64,000 nt of DNA, from assembly GCF_036321535.1 (NCBI RefSeq), contig NC_087437.1, positions 6,448,001-6,512,000 on the forward strand, given 5' to 3'. Source of the DNA: Camelus dromedarius (lineage: Eukaryota). Under the pieces are notes generated by a model, which did no database searches, was not told the DNA's origin, and saw nothing but the letters and a program-made list of their open reading frames with translations. This document shows positions 63,245-64,000 of this stretch, piece after piece. How positions within the stretch are numbered: the first letter of the stretch is position 1; the number at the start of each line of letters is the position of its first letter. A program made the position numbers and the translations under genes.

Positions 63245-64000
63245 ATCATCCATTGTTTCTTCAACAAAGGTGTGTTGTTGGCTCAGTACAAGCCAGGCAC
63301 TGTGTAAAAGGAAGTGGAGATATGGGAGAGATTATGAAAGATTTGATCCTTGACTGTGTGATACTGAGAGGAAGGGAGAGGCATTCAGAAATAATTTCAC
63401 AATTGATTGACTGCAATTGTGCTGAGTGCTATGAGGGAAAACACAGCATGCTGTGAGAGTGTTTAACTGGTAAACTCAACTCAGCCAGGTGAAGAGATGG
63501 AGGGAGAGCGTACCAGCAAAGGGAGTAGTGGGTGGAGGTGGAGGGTCAGGGAAACTTCTCTCGGAGCATCTGAAGCTGAGCCTTAAAGGATGAGCGGGAG
63601 TTTGCCAGGCAAAGGCGGGTGTGAGGACCAGCAATCCAGGGAGAGAACAGAATGTCAAGACTTGAGGTCAGCAGGGGCTTGGTGCTTTGGAGGAGCTGAA
63701 AGAACACCAGTGTGGTTAGGGTATGGGGGCAGAACAAGACTGAATTATCTGGCCAGGGACGGACACTCACTGTGGGCTTTAAACAAAGAGACGACATTTG
63801 TTTTTAGAAATATTGCTCCAGCAAAGTGGGAGAAATGGATTGCAAGGGGCCAGAGATGTTCCAAGGAGACCGGTGTCTGTAGCTGCAGTCTGGGAGAGGA
63901 AGGAGGGTGGTTTTGGCCATGGTGGTGGAGGAGGTGGAGAGAGGCTGGTGGAATTGAGGAATTGTGGATTGGTGAGCAGAGAGAGTAGGAGGCCGAGGGA
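63245..64000 (-). mobile_element. L2 LINE 3' region
   Basis: caagccaggcactgtg...tgtgctgagtgctatgagggaaaa...gtcagggaaacttctctcggagcatctgaagctgagccttaaaggatgag... Confidence 0.7.

Overview
Mammalian genomic DNA, most likely a camelid: it carries five copies of a tRNA-derived SINE matching my recollection of the camelid Vic-1 family. The left end holds a CpG-island promoter and non-coding first exon of a minus-strand gene that runs out of the window (tentatively OSBPL8). The remaining ~62 kb is intergenic, dominated by L1, L2, MIR, MaLR, ERV1-type solo LTRs and hAT elements. No intact cellular protein-coding gene is visible. The main observations are: (1) a heavily decayed but colinear L1-clade ORF2 (endonuclease plus RT, ~31750 to 23890, minus) that resembles non-mammalian L1/Tx1 proteins and is interrupted by L2; (2) a TSD-bounded half-L1 (HAL1-like) element with 5'UTR, ORF1 and an antisense-ORF2-derived 3' region (19502-21940); (3) a full-length CBY1 retrocopy whose only frameshift is a GTGAG insert that looks like retained splice-donor sequence; (4) an orphan 3'UTR retrocopy inside a Charlie element; (5) several nested LTR/L1/SINE insertions with readable target-site duplications (TSDs). 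Repeat family names are assigned by eye and the boundaries of old repeats are approximate.
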